From: an uncultured Chthonomonadaceae bacterium
GTDB taxonomy: Bacteria; Armatimonadota; Chthonomonadetes; Chthonomonadales; Chthonomonadaceae
Length of the DNA stretch: 64,000 nt
Reading direction: 5' to 3'
NCBI GenBank assembly: GCA_963835065.1
Contig: CAWIEK010000053.1
Location: forward strand, 320,001 to 384,000
The notes under the pieces are model-generated. The model ran no database searches. It saw only the letters and a program-made list of their open reading frames with translations, and was not told where the DNA came from. A program made the translations under genes and the position numbers. Numbering within the stretch: the stretch's first letter is position 1; every line of letters begins with the position of its first letter. This document shows, piece by piece, positions 1 through 9,594 of the stretch.

Positions 1-65
1 TCGGCAATGTCGTCAATGCTCCGCGTCCGTACACCCGTCGTCAACTCGCGTTCTAAAATTGCCAT
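1..65 (-). CDS. 5' end of an unidentified gene running off the left edge (MAILERELTTGVRTRSIDDIA...)
   Basis: ATG at 65 preceded by AGGAGA and a TATAAT box at 125-130 on the minus strand; open to window edge. Confidence 0.55.
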   Translation of the reverse strand, partial: MAILERELTTGVRTRSIDDIA

Positions 66-247
66 GATCGTTCTCCTGCTCGATTCTACGTTCCGCCCGC
101 AGCTCTTGTTGCTGCCTGAATCTGATTATACCTCAGTATGTGATTTATTTCACGAATAGAAAATTTCGCGCAATGCGTCCTGCCGCGCGTTTCGCTTTAC
201 CGCCAACTTAGAGCCTCTCCTGACAGGCGTGGTATTTGCGTCTGAAA

Positions 248-287
248 GACGCTTGACCTTTCCTGCCGGGGATTGCAAAGCCCCGGC
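248..287 (+). repeat. Half copy of the CCGGG-hairpin REP-like element
   Basis: GACGCTTGACCTTTCCTGCCGGGGATTGCAAAGCCCCGGC matches right half of 2485-2607. Confidence 0.75.
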
Positions 288-352
288 CTATTGGAGAGGC
301 GTTTACAGCAAACCTGCAAGGAATCCAGCCGCCAGATGGCGAACAAATTCCT

Positions 353-2467
353 ATGTCCACGCCAAACCCTGACACAACACTTTCTGACTCAATACTTCCT
401 GACACAACGCCGGAACTTATGCCCGGTATCACCATTGACCCGCCCGGCGCGCATGACCTGGATGACGCCCTTTGGCTGCATGAGGATACGCTGACCATAT
501 ACATTCCCGATATGAGCATCATTCCTCCGGGCGATCCCATTGAAATTCGCGCGGCAGAACGGGGCTTTACCCGCTATTTTGCGACAAGCAGCGCGCCCAT
601 GCTTCCCCGCGATTTGGCGGAAAACCGGTTAAGCCTGCTGCCGGAGCGAACCCGGAGCGCGATTGCCCTGCATCTCACGCTGGATACGAATTATGACGTG
701 ACGAACATACAGGTGGAACGGGGCTTGCTGCGCAGTCAGGCGCAATTGGCGTATGCCGACGTTCCCGCCATTTTGTCCTACGACAATCATACGCTTGTCG
801 CGCTGCGCCCCATGCTGGCGCGCATGACGGAAATCGGGATAGAACTGCTGCGCAAGCGCCGGGAACGGGGCGAACTGGCGTTTTATGATTTGAAGCAGGC
901 GCTGGCAACGAGTGAAGACGGCAAGGTGCGCGCGCTTAAACCACATGAGGCGAACATGGGCTATGTGCTGGTGCAGGAAATGATGCTGCTGGCGAACCGG
1001 ACATTTGCGGAGTGGATGCTTGCCGCGGATATTCCCGCCCTGTACCGCAATCACCGCGCCGCTTTAGCCGCGCCGCCCCGCGATGCGCTGCTGACGGACA
1101 TTTCGCAGATGTTCGCGCACCCGCAAGTGTTCGACACGCAGATGGCGCGACAGCGGCTGCAGCTGCTGATGGGACGAGCGCGCTACAGCCCGGTTGTGGA
1201 AGGGCATTACGCGCTGAACCTGCCCTGCTACACCCACGTCACCAGCCCTCTGCGCCGCTACGCCGATCTTGTCAACAACCGGGTCATCAACGAACTGATT
1301 ACCGCCCGCCAGGAAAACCGCGCCCCTGTTCCTCCCTACAGCATGGGGGAACTGGCCGTTGTGGGCGACCACCTTCATGCCCTGATTATGGAGCAGGAGA
1401 AATCGCGGCACGAGCATTTCAAGGCAAAAGCCGAGCAAACTGCCCGCGCCCATATCGAAACCGCGCCAAAAAAGATAGCCGCCCTGTCGGGAGCCGAGTT
1501 CGAGCGCATTATCAAGGTAAGCGCGCAGGAAGAAACGCCTTCCCAGGCGGCGCTGGAAAGCGCGCGCCTGCGCATGAAGCGGCAGTCCATTCGGGAACGA
1601 GAACTGTTTTTGATTTTGTTCGAGACGCCCGCCGACAACGAAGATTGGCAGAAATTGCGGCTGGACGCGCTGAAGTTTTTGACAACGCACCCCTATCATG
1701 CCGTGTCGCTGCTGACGATGGGCATAGACCTGCTGAGTTGGCCGGAAACCGAGTACCAGTTCGGAATGGAGCAACTCCTGCTGACGTGCCGGGCGCTGCG
1801 GCAGGGACCGGATGGCAGCCTGGAAACAGAACTTTTTCGCGCCAAGAACAAAAAGTCCGCGCAGCAGGCGGCGGCCTTAGCGATTTGTCATTTGCTGTGC
1901 GGTGTCGCGCCGCCCGTTCCACTCCCCGCGCCCGCGCCCACTCCGCCCGTAAAAAGTAAATTGCCGCTAAAGACATCAGCAACGGCAACAACCCAATCGG
2001 GCGCAGAAACACAATCCGCCGCAGAATCTCCTCCTGCAAATACAAGCGTCGCAGAAGCAGCGACAGTGACCGCATCCTCGGCAAGCCCCGCAAGCGCGGA
2101 TGCATCAACGCCATCCACAAGCGCCGATATGGATTGGGAATGGATAGAAGCGCCTGTGAAAGCGGGCAACTGGGTTTACGCGCTCAGTGAAGCCTGCCTG
2201 CGCGCCAAACAGCGTAAGCCGGCGTTCCAATTCTCAGCAAACAAGCAAAAAGGCGTGCAGAATGTTCCCCAATGGAATTGCAGCGCGCAACTCGTCTGGA
2301 AGGGCGCCACCTATAGCGCCAGAGCCTCCGCCGCCACCAAGCAAGTCGCCAAACGGCGAGTTTCCCGCCAACTGCTTTCGGCCATCTGCCCTGTACAGAT
2401 AGCAGAACTGATTTCAAACACGGAAGCCACCGCAGCCGTTCTAGACGAAGAAGAAGACGAGGAATAA
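353..2467 (+). CDS. RNB-domain (RNase II/R family) exoribonuclease with two dsRNA-binding-like domains
   Basis: TIDPPGAHDLDDAL catalytic motif, LVQEMMLLAN, YTHVTSPLRRYADL; AKNKKSAQQAAA and ATKQVAKRRVSRQLL resemble dsRBD helix 2. Confidence 0.85.
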   Translation: MSTPNPDTTLSDSILPDTTPELMPGITIDPPGAHDLDDALWLHEDTLTIYIPDMSIIPPGDPIEIRAAERGFTRYFATSSAPMLPRDLAENRLSLLPERTRSAIALHLTLDTNYDVTNIQVERGLLRSQAQLAYADVPAILSYDNHTLVALRPMLARMTEIGIELLRKRRERGELAFYDLKQALATSEDGKVRALKPHEANMGYVLVQEMMLLANRTFAEWMLAADIPALYRNHRAALAAPPRDALLTDISQMFAHPQVFDTQMARQRLQLLMGRARYSPVVEGHYALNLPCYTHVTSPLRRYADLVNNRVINELITARQENRAPVPPYSMGELAVVGDHLHALIMEQEKSRHEHFKAKAEQTARAHIETAPKKIAALSGAEFERIIKVSAQEETPSQAALESARLRMKRQSIRERELFLILFETPADNEDWQKLRLDALKFLTTHPYHAVSLLTMGIDLLSWPETEYQFGMEQLLLTCRALRQGPDGSLETELFRAKNKKSAQQAAALAICHLLCGVAPPVPLPAPAPTPPVKSKLPLKTSATATTQSGAETQSAAESPPANTSVAEAATVTASSASPASADASTPSTSADMDWEWIEAPVKAGNWVYALSEACLRAKQRKPAFQFSANKQKGVQNVPQWNCSAQLVWKGATYSARASAATKQVAKRRVSRQLLSAICPVQIAELISNTEATAAVLDEEEDEE

Positions 2468-2484
2468 TTCAACGTTCGTGCTGT

Positions 2485-2607
2485 TGCCGGGTATTGAAAA
2501 TACCCGGCAGGACAAAACAAGCGTCTTACAGACGCGGGAATCTTGATGTAGAGAATCGCGTCCGCAGGACGCTTGCACTTTCCTGCCGGGTATTTTCAAT
2601 ACCCGGC
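2485..2607 (+). repeat. REP/MITE-like four-hairpin element
   Basis: GCCGGGTATTGAAAATACCCGGC ... GCGTCCGCAGGACGC ... GCCGGGTATTTTCAATACCCGGC; further copies at 14099, 37685, 40284. Confidence 0.85.
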
Positions 2608-2670
2608 GCTCCGCAGGCCATTCAGACGGTGGTTTTCAACCACTGGCTTTTGGTCCCGTTTCCTCGTAGT

Positions 2671-3965
2671 TTATTTATGCCGCAGGCTGTGGGCGGCGAT
2701 GTCGCGGCGGTAGTGGATGCCGTCGAAATGGAGACAGCCTAATCCGGCGTAAGCGCGATTGGCGGCGGTCTGCACATCCTCCCCTACCCCCGTGACGCTC
2801 AACACGCGCCCGCCATCCGTTACCACGTCATGGTGCTGCCGTTTTGTGCCCGCGTGGAAGACGAGACAGCCTTCGCTTTCCGCCGCCTGTTCCAAGCCCG
2901 TAATGGGCTTGCCCGTGTCGAAATTGCCGGGATAGCCGCCCGATGCCGCCACCACGCACACGGACGCGCTTGCGCCGCCATTGCGCCGCGGTGTTCGTTC
3001 AGGCTGCAATCGGCCACGCCCATCAGGAGCGGAACCAGATCGCTGTCGAGCAGGGGCAGCACGGCCTGCGTTTCCGGGTCGCCAAGCCGACAGTTAAATT
3101 CGATGGTTTTCAAACCCTCGGACGTGACCATGATGCCCGCGTACAACACGCCCCGATACGGAATGCCCAACTCGCCGATTGCTTTGATGGCGGGACGTAA
3201 AATCTGCTCTATTGCCACTTCCACCACATCCGGCGGCAGAATGGGAACGGGACTGTACGCGCCCATGCCGCCCGTGTTCGGTCCCAAGCCGCCGTCAAAA
3301 GCGCGTTTGTGATCCTGCGAGGGAACCAGGGGAATCAGGGCGTCGCCATCCGTCAAGGCCATAATGGACGCTTCCTCGCCGACAAGACACTCCTCAATCA
3401 CCACTTTGTCCCCAGCCGCGCCAAATACGCGGTCCGCCATGATGTGTTCCACGCCCGCGTAGGCTTCCCCCGCGTCTTTAGCGACCACAACCCCCTTGCC
3501 TGCCGCCAAACCATCCGCTTTGATGACAATGCGCGTTTCGGGCGGATGCTGCCGGTAAAAATCATCCAGACAGGTTCGCGCTTCGGCCAGAGACGCGCAT
3601 ACCCAGAACGGCGCAGTGGGAATGTCGGCGGCCTGCATCAATTGCTTGGCGAAAATCTTGCTGCCTTCCAGCCGCGCCGGCCCGCTTGCCGGCCCGACAA
3701 CCGGCAGTCCCGCCGCCTCGAACCGATCTACCAACCCCGCCATAAGCGGCGCTTCCGGCCCGACAACCGTTAGATCCATCCGGTTCTCAGTTGCAAAGCG
3801 CGTCAAGCCGTTCACATCGCTCACGCTCAGGGGAACGCACTCCGCCAGTTGCGCGATCCCGGCATTGCCCGGCGCGCAGTAAATTTTCGTCACAGAGGGG
3901 CTTTGCGCGATCTTCCACGCCAGCGCATGTTCCCGCCCGCCCCCGCCAACAATCAGTACGCGCAT
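2671..3965 (-). CDS. purD: Phosphoribosylamine--glycine ligase, frame broken near 2960-2990
   Basis: GGGGREHALAW, KADGLAAGKGV, GPNTGGMGAYSP; C-terminus VVAASGGYPG...VFHAGT...TDGGRVL lies in another frame. Confidence 0.95.
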
Positions 3966-3967
3966 GG

Positions 3968-6900
3968 TTATTCCTCCAAATCCCCCGGCGCGCGGTCGGT
4001 CATATTTTCAAAGCGCGTGTACTGCGGCATGAACCCGACGAACACTTTGCCGGTCGGCCCGCTGCGGTGCTTGGCGAGTATCAGTTCCGTTTCCTCAATT
4101 TTTTCCGAATCCCGATTGCCCTGCTGATCCTCCGCGCCCTCTTCTTTCGCCTTGTAATAGGCATCGCGATAGATAAACATCACGATGTCGGCTTCAGCTT
4201 CTATCGAGCCGCTGTTATGCGCAACAATGCCGTTCGCCAGAAAATTAGCGCAGTCTACTTTGATGTCGAACGTTTCCTGCTCACCTGTGGCTTCAATGCT
4301 GCTAATGCCTTCCCAAAGCAGATCACTGCCTATCAACTCTTTCAGGGCAGACTCTGAATTTGCGGCGGGAGGATAGATAGCAGTGGCAATTACATCCCCC
4401 GTCTTTAGCTCGTCCAGCCGCTTCCAGCCGTTTGCGGTCAGGAATGGATGATTAGCCGAGGCTGTTACCTGCCGCCCTGTGCGCGTCGTTAGCGTCCATA
4501 CCGGCTTAACTCCGGTTGACCAAACATCCTGCACCTGATACTTGCCGATTTTCTGATCGCGTCCCATGCCTAGAATGGTACTGCCGGGCTGAACATCCCG
4601 AATAGCTACCTGCCGTCCCGTATGCGCGTCCGTCAGGCGCGTGTCGCCAACGACGCACTCGCGCAAGTCCGATAGCATAGGGCGTTTATCCGGCCTTGAT
4701 TCCACTGCGCGGGACAATTGGGAGAGGGCAATCACCGGGACGCGCAATTCACGCGCTAGTTGCTTGCAGGCGCGGGCGATTTCGGAGATTTCCTGCGTTC
4801 GGTTGTCCGTTTTTTTATGGGAGCGCATGAGCTGCAAATAGTCAATGACAATCAGCCCTAACCCCTGTTCGGCTTTCAGGCGGCGGCACTTGGCGCGCAT
4901 TTCCATTGCGGAAATATCGGGCGAATCGTCAATGTAGATCGGCGCTTCCGACAGGCGGTTGATGCCTTCTCCCACACGCTGCCAGTCATCGCCTTGCAGG
5001 TTGCCGTTGCGTAATCTGTTGGAATCTACTTTCGATTCGGAGCAGATCATACGGGTGACAAGCTGCTCTTTCGACATTTCTAGACTGAAAATCGCCACCG
5101 GCACATTCTCAGTCATTGCTATAAATTGCGCCATTTGAACAGTTAAACTTGTATTATGAACGCAAACATCCTGCGCAATGAAGTTCGCGCCGTCAGGAAC
5201 GGTCAGATCGTATACTTGATGTGAACCAATAGCTTCAATGCTGACGATTTCATCCCAATACAAATCTGCGCTTGCAATCTGACGCAGGCGCGGCGATTGC
5301 AGCACTTCAGCATACTTCGCAAGCCGTATGCGAGGCAGGGAACGATTGGTATGCGGATTGTAGCCATCCTTGCCTGCGCCCTTTTCGCTACAACGTCGCG
5401 CCAGTTCGCTTAGAGAAAGCCCGGCCTTTGCCGATTCCGCGCGTACAAGGTTCCACACTGCCTGCGGCGGATGCCCCACAATACTACGGCGCATGTCGCT
5501 TGTTTCCATACCGGTTTCCGCAAGCGGGCTTGCCACGCGGAAGACGCGAGTTGCCTTCTCGCCAAACCAGCCGATTTCCTGCTGATAAGTGGCGACGGAT
5601 TGCGGCTCGGTGATTTCGACGCGCCAGCAGCGCTCGCTTTTACGCCACAACTTGCTGACAATGCCAAAGCGCGTCAGGGCATGGTGTACATCTCCCGCCA
5701 ACAGTTCGGACGCAACCGCAAACTCAATGCGGCCATAGCCTGCCATGCCGTAAATCGTGCCGTCGCAACTGAACAAAATGCGCAGGAACTCGGCCAGCCG
5801 TTCCCGCTTCCAACTCCACACGCAAGCCGGGAAACGCTTCGCGTCCGCTTTTTTGCCCATCAACTTCAAATCGCGCAGCCAAACGGTAATGGGATTGGGG
5901 CGGTTGGAACGCTGCTGTTGGACAACGGCGTAGTCAATGCCGTACTGTTTGATGACACATTCTGGAAAATGCCGCGCAATCAGCGCCTTGAAGTCGGCAA
6001 CTATTATGGGGTCAACATTCGTGAAGCGCGGCGACGTGCCGGACAAGCCGCCTTCAGCGAGGAAATAAGCCATCAATCGAGCCAGGCCCGGCGCGTAATC
6101 TTCCTGCCCGAAGCAGGGTACGGAACGTGGTACGCCGATCTTATCGCCCACTTCCAGACAATGCAAAGGCGTCCAGCCCTGTACGGTGAGGAACGGATGA
6201 TGCCCGGTTACATCTACGCTGCGCCCCGTCCGCGTTCGTACCCGAAAGCAAGGCTGTATGCCGCTGTCAATCCAATCCGAAACTGCCGTAACGCGGACCT
6301 CGCCCCGCTCCGACACGCCGAACACGACAGGCAATTTCTCCCGGATGCACTGCTCCAATGTTTGCCGCTCGCCGGTTAAGGGATTATCCATCAGAGTATA
6401 AGCCGGCAGGCACTTGCCCATACCTGGTCGGGCAGCAATAATAATCAAATCGGAAGGATTCAGGCCGTTGGTTTTCCAGTTCAGGTCGTCGAAGGGGGTC
6501 ATGCGCCCGTTGCCGGTGCCTTTGTTCTCATAGCGCTTTTCGATCCGGTCCAATTCTTCGTGGAGCAGGGGTCGAATGTGGTAAAAAAACTGCCCCATGC
6601 GCCGCTGCCCGATTTCAAACACCAGTCTTTCCGCGCGATCTACAACTTCATCTACCTCATTGAATTCGGAGTACGCCAACCCTTGTATTTGCGTACCAAC
6701 GTCCATCAGCTTGCGCAGGATAGACTTTTCCTCTACCATCTTCGCGTAATACTCGATGTTGGCGGCAGTTGCGGGGGCTTCCATCAGGTTTTGCAGATAA
6801 AACCGCCCGCCCGCGATTTCCCCCAGGTCGCGCCCGTTGAGTTCATCCATCACGGTCAGGATGTCTACAGGTTCGTCGCGCTCGGCAAGAGCAAGCATCG

Positions 6901-7069
6901 CCTCGAAAATGAAGCGGTGCGCGTCCCGGTAAAAATCATCGGGCTTGAGCAGTTCCGCCGCTTTTTCTACAGCGGGGCGTTCGATCAGCATGGAACCCAA
7001 TACGGCTTGTTCGGCTTCCAGACTTTGGGGAGGAACGCGGTCAAAAGGCGACATTCGATCCAGCGCCAA
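3968..7069 (-). CDS. dnaB: Replicative DNA helicase DnaB precursor with two inteins
   Basis: PPQSLEAEQAVLG, AARPGMGK|T, FSLEMS, IDYLQLM, LSQLSR, LRE|SGSIE; probable TTG start at 7069 after AAGGAGG. Confidence 0.97.
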   Translation of the reverse strand: MALDRMSPFDRVPPQSLEAEQAVLGSMLIERPAVEKAAELLKPDDFYRDAHRFIFEAMLALAERDEPVDILTVMDELNGRDLGEIAGGRFYLQNLMEAPATAANIEYYAKMVEEKSILRKLMDVGTQIQGLAYSEFNEVDEVVDRAERLVFEIGQRRMGQFFYHIRPLLHEELDRIEKRYENKGTGNGRMTPFDDLNWKTNGLNPSDLIIIAARPGMGKCLPAYTLMDNPLTGERQTLEQCIREKLPVVFGVSERGEVRVTAVSDWIDSGIQPCFRVRTRTGRSVDVTGHHPFLTVQGWTPLHCLEVGDKIGVPRSVPCFGQEDYAPGLARLMAYFLAEGGLSGTSPRFTNVDPIIVADFKALIARHFPECVIKQYGIDYAVVQQQRSNRPNPITVWLRDLKLMGKKADAKRFPACVWSWKRERLAEFLRILFSCDGTIYGMAGYGRIEFAVASELLAGDVHHALTRFGIVSKLWRKSERCWRVEITEPQSVATYQQEIGWFGEKATRVFRVASPLAETGMETSDMRRSIVGHPPQAVWNLVRAESAKAGLSLSELARRCSEKGAGKDGYNPHTNRSLPRIRLAKYAEVLQSPRLRQIASADLYWDEIVSIEAIGSHQVYDLTVPDGANFIAQDVCVHNTSLTVQMAQFIAMTENVPVAIFSLEMSKEQLVTRMICSESKVDSNRLRNGNLQGDDWQRVGEGINRLSEAPIYIDDSPDISAMEMRAKCRRLKAEQGLGLIVIDYLQLMRSHKKTDNRTQEISEIARACKQLARELRVPVIALSQLSRAVESRPDKRPMLSDLRECVVGDTRLTDAHTGRQVAIRDVQPGSTILGMGRDQKIGKYQVQDVWSTGVKPVWTLTTRTGRQVTASANHPFLTANGWKRLDELKTGDVIATAIYPPAANSESALKELIGSDLLWEGISSIEATGEQETFDIKVDCANFLANGIVAHNSGSIEAEADIVMFIYRDAYYKAKEEGAEDQQGNRDSEKIEETELILAKHRSGPTGKVFVGFMPQYTRFENMTDRAPGDLEE
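4214..4657 (-). mobile_element. 148-aa mini-intein in DnaB
   Basis: LRE|CVVGDT...TASANHPF...TFDIKV...IVAHN|SGSIE; no endonuclease domain. Confidence 0.93.
5153..6412 (-). mobile_element. 420-aa intein with LAGLIDADG-type endonuclease in the DnaB P-loop
   Basis: GK|CLPAYT...VTGHHPF...MAYFLAEGG...FLRILFSCDG...VYDLTV...VCVHN|T. Confidence 0.93.
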
Positions 7070-7089
7070 GACGGCCTCCTTAATGGGCA

Positions 7090-7346
7090 AGGATGAAGGA
7101 TGAAGGATGAAGGATGAAAATACCGGTATTCAGGTATTCAGGTATTCAGGTATTCGGTGTTCGGTGTTTGGGCAGGCAGCCGGGTTAGTACAGCAGTTAT
7201 TCAGCACAGCAATTGTCGGGAAACAAAGAACATTGCGACAAAACAAAATGAAGTGAAAAGTTGGGAGAAGGAACCCGCAACGCTTGCGACAGGCAGCCAT
7301 TGCGGGCGCGAGGAAAATTCATCCTTCATCCTTCATCCTTCATCCT
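7090..7346. repeat. (GGATGAA)4 ... (TTCATCC)4 inverted heptamer element enclosing a GGTATTCA octamer run
   Basis: Arms at 7091-7118 and 7318-7345; octamers at 7126-7172. Confidence 0.9.
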
Positions 7347-7933
7347 TGTTCTTCGTCTTCCGTTGAGTCGGCAACCGGGGCAGGCGCGGGCGCGGCGGCG
7401 GCTTCGGCGGCCAGGCGGGCGGCTTCATCCTTGGCGGCTTTTTCTTCGGCTGCGACGCGGGCTTTTTCGCGGGCGTCGAGTTGTTCCTGCGTTACAATGT
7501 CAATGGTGAAGGGAACGATCACATCGGGGTGCAGTTTGGCGGTAAGTTCATACGCGCCGGTCAGTTTGATGGGGTCAATCAGGCTGATTTTGCGCTTGTC
7601 CACCGTGATGCCGGTTGCGGCTTGCAGAGCCTCGGCAACATCGGCTTCCGTCACGGCTCCGAACAGGCGATTGGAGCGCGGGCTGGCCTTGCCCATGATT
7701 TGCAGTTGAACGCCGTTGATCTTTTCGGCGTTGGCCTGGGCGTCCGTTAGTTGCTGGGCGCTTTTGGCGGTTTCGCGGGCCATGCGCGTAGCATGAAGCT
7801 TGGTTACGTCTTTGGTGGCAACCAGCGCCAGTTGACGCGGAAACAGATAATTACGGGCATAGCCGTTGGCGACAACGACGATCTCGCCGTCTTTGCCGAC
7901 TTTCGGCACGTCGCGGGTTAGAATGACTTTCAT
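7340..7933 (-). CDS. rplI: 50S ribosomal protein L9
   Basis: MKVILTRDV...GYARNYLFP, RLFGAVT, PIKLTGAY; upstream of dnaB. Confidence 0.97.
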   Translation of the reverse strand: MKVILTRDVPKVGKDGEIVVVANGYARNYLFPRQLALVATKDVTKLHATRMARETAKSAQQLTDAQANAEKINGVQLQIMGKASPRSNRLFGAVTEADVAEALQAATGITVDKRKISLIDPIKLTGAYELTAKLHPDVIVPFTIDIVTQEQLDAREKARVAAEEKAAKDEAARLAAEAAAAPAPAPVADSTEDEEQG

Positions 7934-7941
7934 GACAAATC

Positions 7942-8066
7942 CTTTGGGTATTCAGGTGTTCAGGTGTTTGGTGTTCAGGTGTTCGGATGATGCTTTGCCG
8001 CAAGAGTAAACCTGTGTACTCTCGTATTTCCCGAATACCTGAATACCGAACACCTGAACACCAAAG
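7942..8066. repeat. Inverted octamer (GGTRTTCA)n element
   Basis: CTTTGGGTATTCAGGTGTTCAGG ... CCTGAATACCGAACACCTGAACACCAAAG. Confidence 0.88.
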
Positions 8067-9569
8067 TTAGTTGTTCAATTGGACACCGATTGTGGGAACC
8101 GGGTCGCCGCGAAAAATGCCGTCTGCGCCCGCCCAAATCGAAACGTTCTTTTTTACCCTAATTAGCCCCTTCACGTCAAGGCGTGGATGGTTCGCGTCGT
8201 ATAAATCTGCGCGCAGGCCGGAATAAGGGAAAAGGCCGTACTCCAAACCGACGCCCAGTTTGGACGCATGAAGACCGTACCGCGCCAGCAGATTGTCGGT
8301 GATTTTGGTTCCGCCCTGCAAATTGAGGCGCGTGTTATCGCCAAAGTCGTACAGGCCGAAATCAATCAAATTGTGATTGCCGATGGGAACGCGGGCGTCC
8401 ACGTCCAAACGAAAGCGGGCCGGGTCTACGGATTCCTGCGCATCCACGAGCAGTTGAATGGGCGGCACTTTGGGCGCGCGCGCTTTATCCGCCGCGTTGG
8501 TAAATTTGCCCAGGATATTGTTTAATTTTTCCAGCGCGGCGGCGCTGCGCTCGGTTGTCAGTTTCAAGTTGACGGCGGACTCTTTGAGGTTGGCCTGCAG
8601 CGTCGGATCGCCGGTCAGTTGGTGAATGTCGGACGCGATCTGACGGCTGCTCGACAGGGTGGAGCGCGCCAGTTCGATGGTTTCTTGAAGCGAAGATTGC
8701 AGGCGCGGGTCGCTCACCTGTTCGGTCAATTTGCGCACGACGTTGTTGGCGTCATCCACCGTATTGCCCAATTTGGTAAAAAGCGCCAATCCCTGATCCG
8801 TCAGCTTGTTCAGCCGGCCCTTGCTGCTGTTGATAATGTCGTTGAGATTGCGGCTCAGATTGTCGGTTGTTTTGCGCGTGGTGATGGAAAGCTGCTTGAA
8901 GTTTTCCGTGATTTCCAGCAGGTTGTTCTTCAAGCGCGGGTCGGCAATCAGATTTTTGCCCCGCGTCATCGTGTCGTTGGAATTGTCTACCAGCCGGTTC
9001 GTCTTGTCCAGCAAGGTATTTAACTTCGTGAACGACGTGCCCAGTTTGGCGTTCAGATTGGTGAAACTGCTGTTCAGATTGGCGACGGTCTGCGACAATT
9101 GGGGATCAATGCTCGACAGCGCGCTGGCCGCTTCCCCACCCTCGACAACCGCGCTTCCATCCTGCGGCAACGTATGGATAACCCCTGGTTCTGCGGGCGC
9201 GGTTTGGTTTTGCGCGCCCTGCGCGTCGGCGGGGGGGCGCACTTCAATGGTCGGGTTGGTAATCAACAGCCCGGATGCGATTACAAACTGGTATGTGGTC
9301 GGTATCTCGTACTGTTTTTTGATGGCAAGCGTGACGGTGGGAACAAGCGTTCCGTTGCTTTGTTCCAGCTTTACATCCTGCACATCGCCGATAGCGACGC
9401 CTTTCAAGCGCACGACGCTTTGCTTCAACAGCCCGCGCGTGTCTTTGAAATGAACGCGCACCGTATAGGTGTTGAGATTGATTCCGGAAAGGTAATAGTA
9501 TGCGCCGGCAGCCAGCACAAAGGCGAGGAGAACCAACACCCCTACTTTTACAGCGGATTTACTTTCCAT
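8067..9569 (-). CDS. MlaD/MCE family substrate-binding protein with long helical region
   Basis: N-terminal TM anchor, FKDTRGL...VRLKGVAIGDV MCE motif; in operon with ABC ATPase and permease. Confidence 0.88.
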   Translation of the reverse strand: MESKSAVKVGVLVLLAFVLAAGAYYYLSGINLNTYTVRVHFKDTRGLLKQSVVRLKGVAIGDVQDVKLEQSNGTLVPTVTLAIKKQYEIPTTYQFVIASGLLITNPTIEVRPPADAQGAQNQTAPAEPGVIHTLPQDGSAVVEGGEAASALSSIDPQLSQTVANLNSSFTNLNAKLGTSFTKLNTLLDKTNRLVDNSNDTMTRGKNLIADPRLKNNLLEITENFKQLSITTRKTTDNLSRNLNDIINSSKGRLNKLTDQGLALFTKLGNTVDDANNVVRKLTEQVSDPRLQSSLQETIELARSTLSSSRQIASDIHQLTGDPTLQANLKESAVNLKLTTERSAAALEKLNNILGKFTNAADKARAPKVPPIQLLVDAQESVDPARFRLDVDARVPIGNHNLIDFGLYDFGDNTRLNLQGGTKITDNLLARYGLHASKLGVGLEYGLFPYSGLRADLYDANHPRLDVKGLIRVKKNVSIWAGADGIFRGDPVPTIGVQLNN

Positions 9570-9594
9570 AGTTTATCCTTACAACGTCCTTTTT

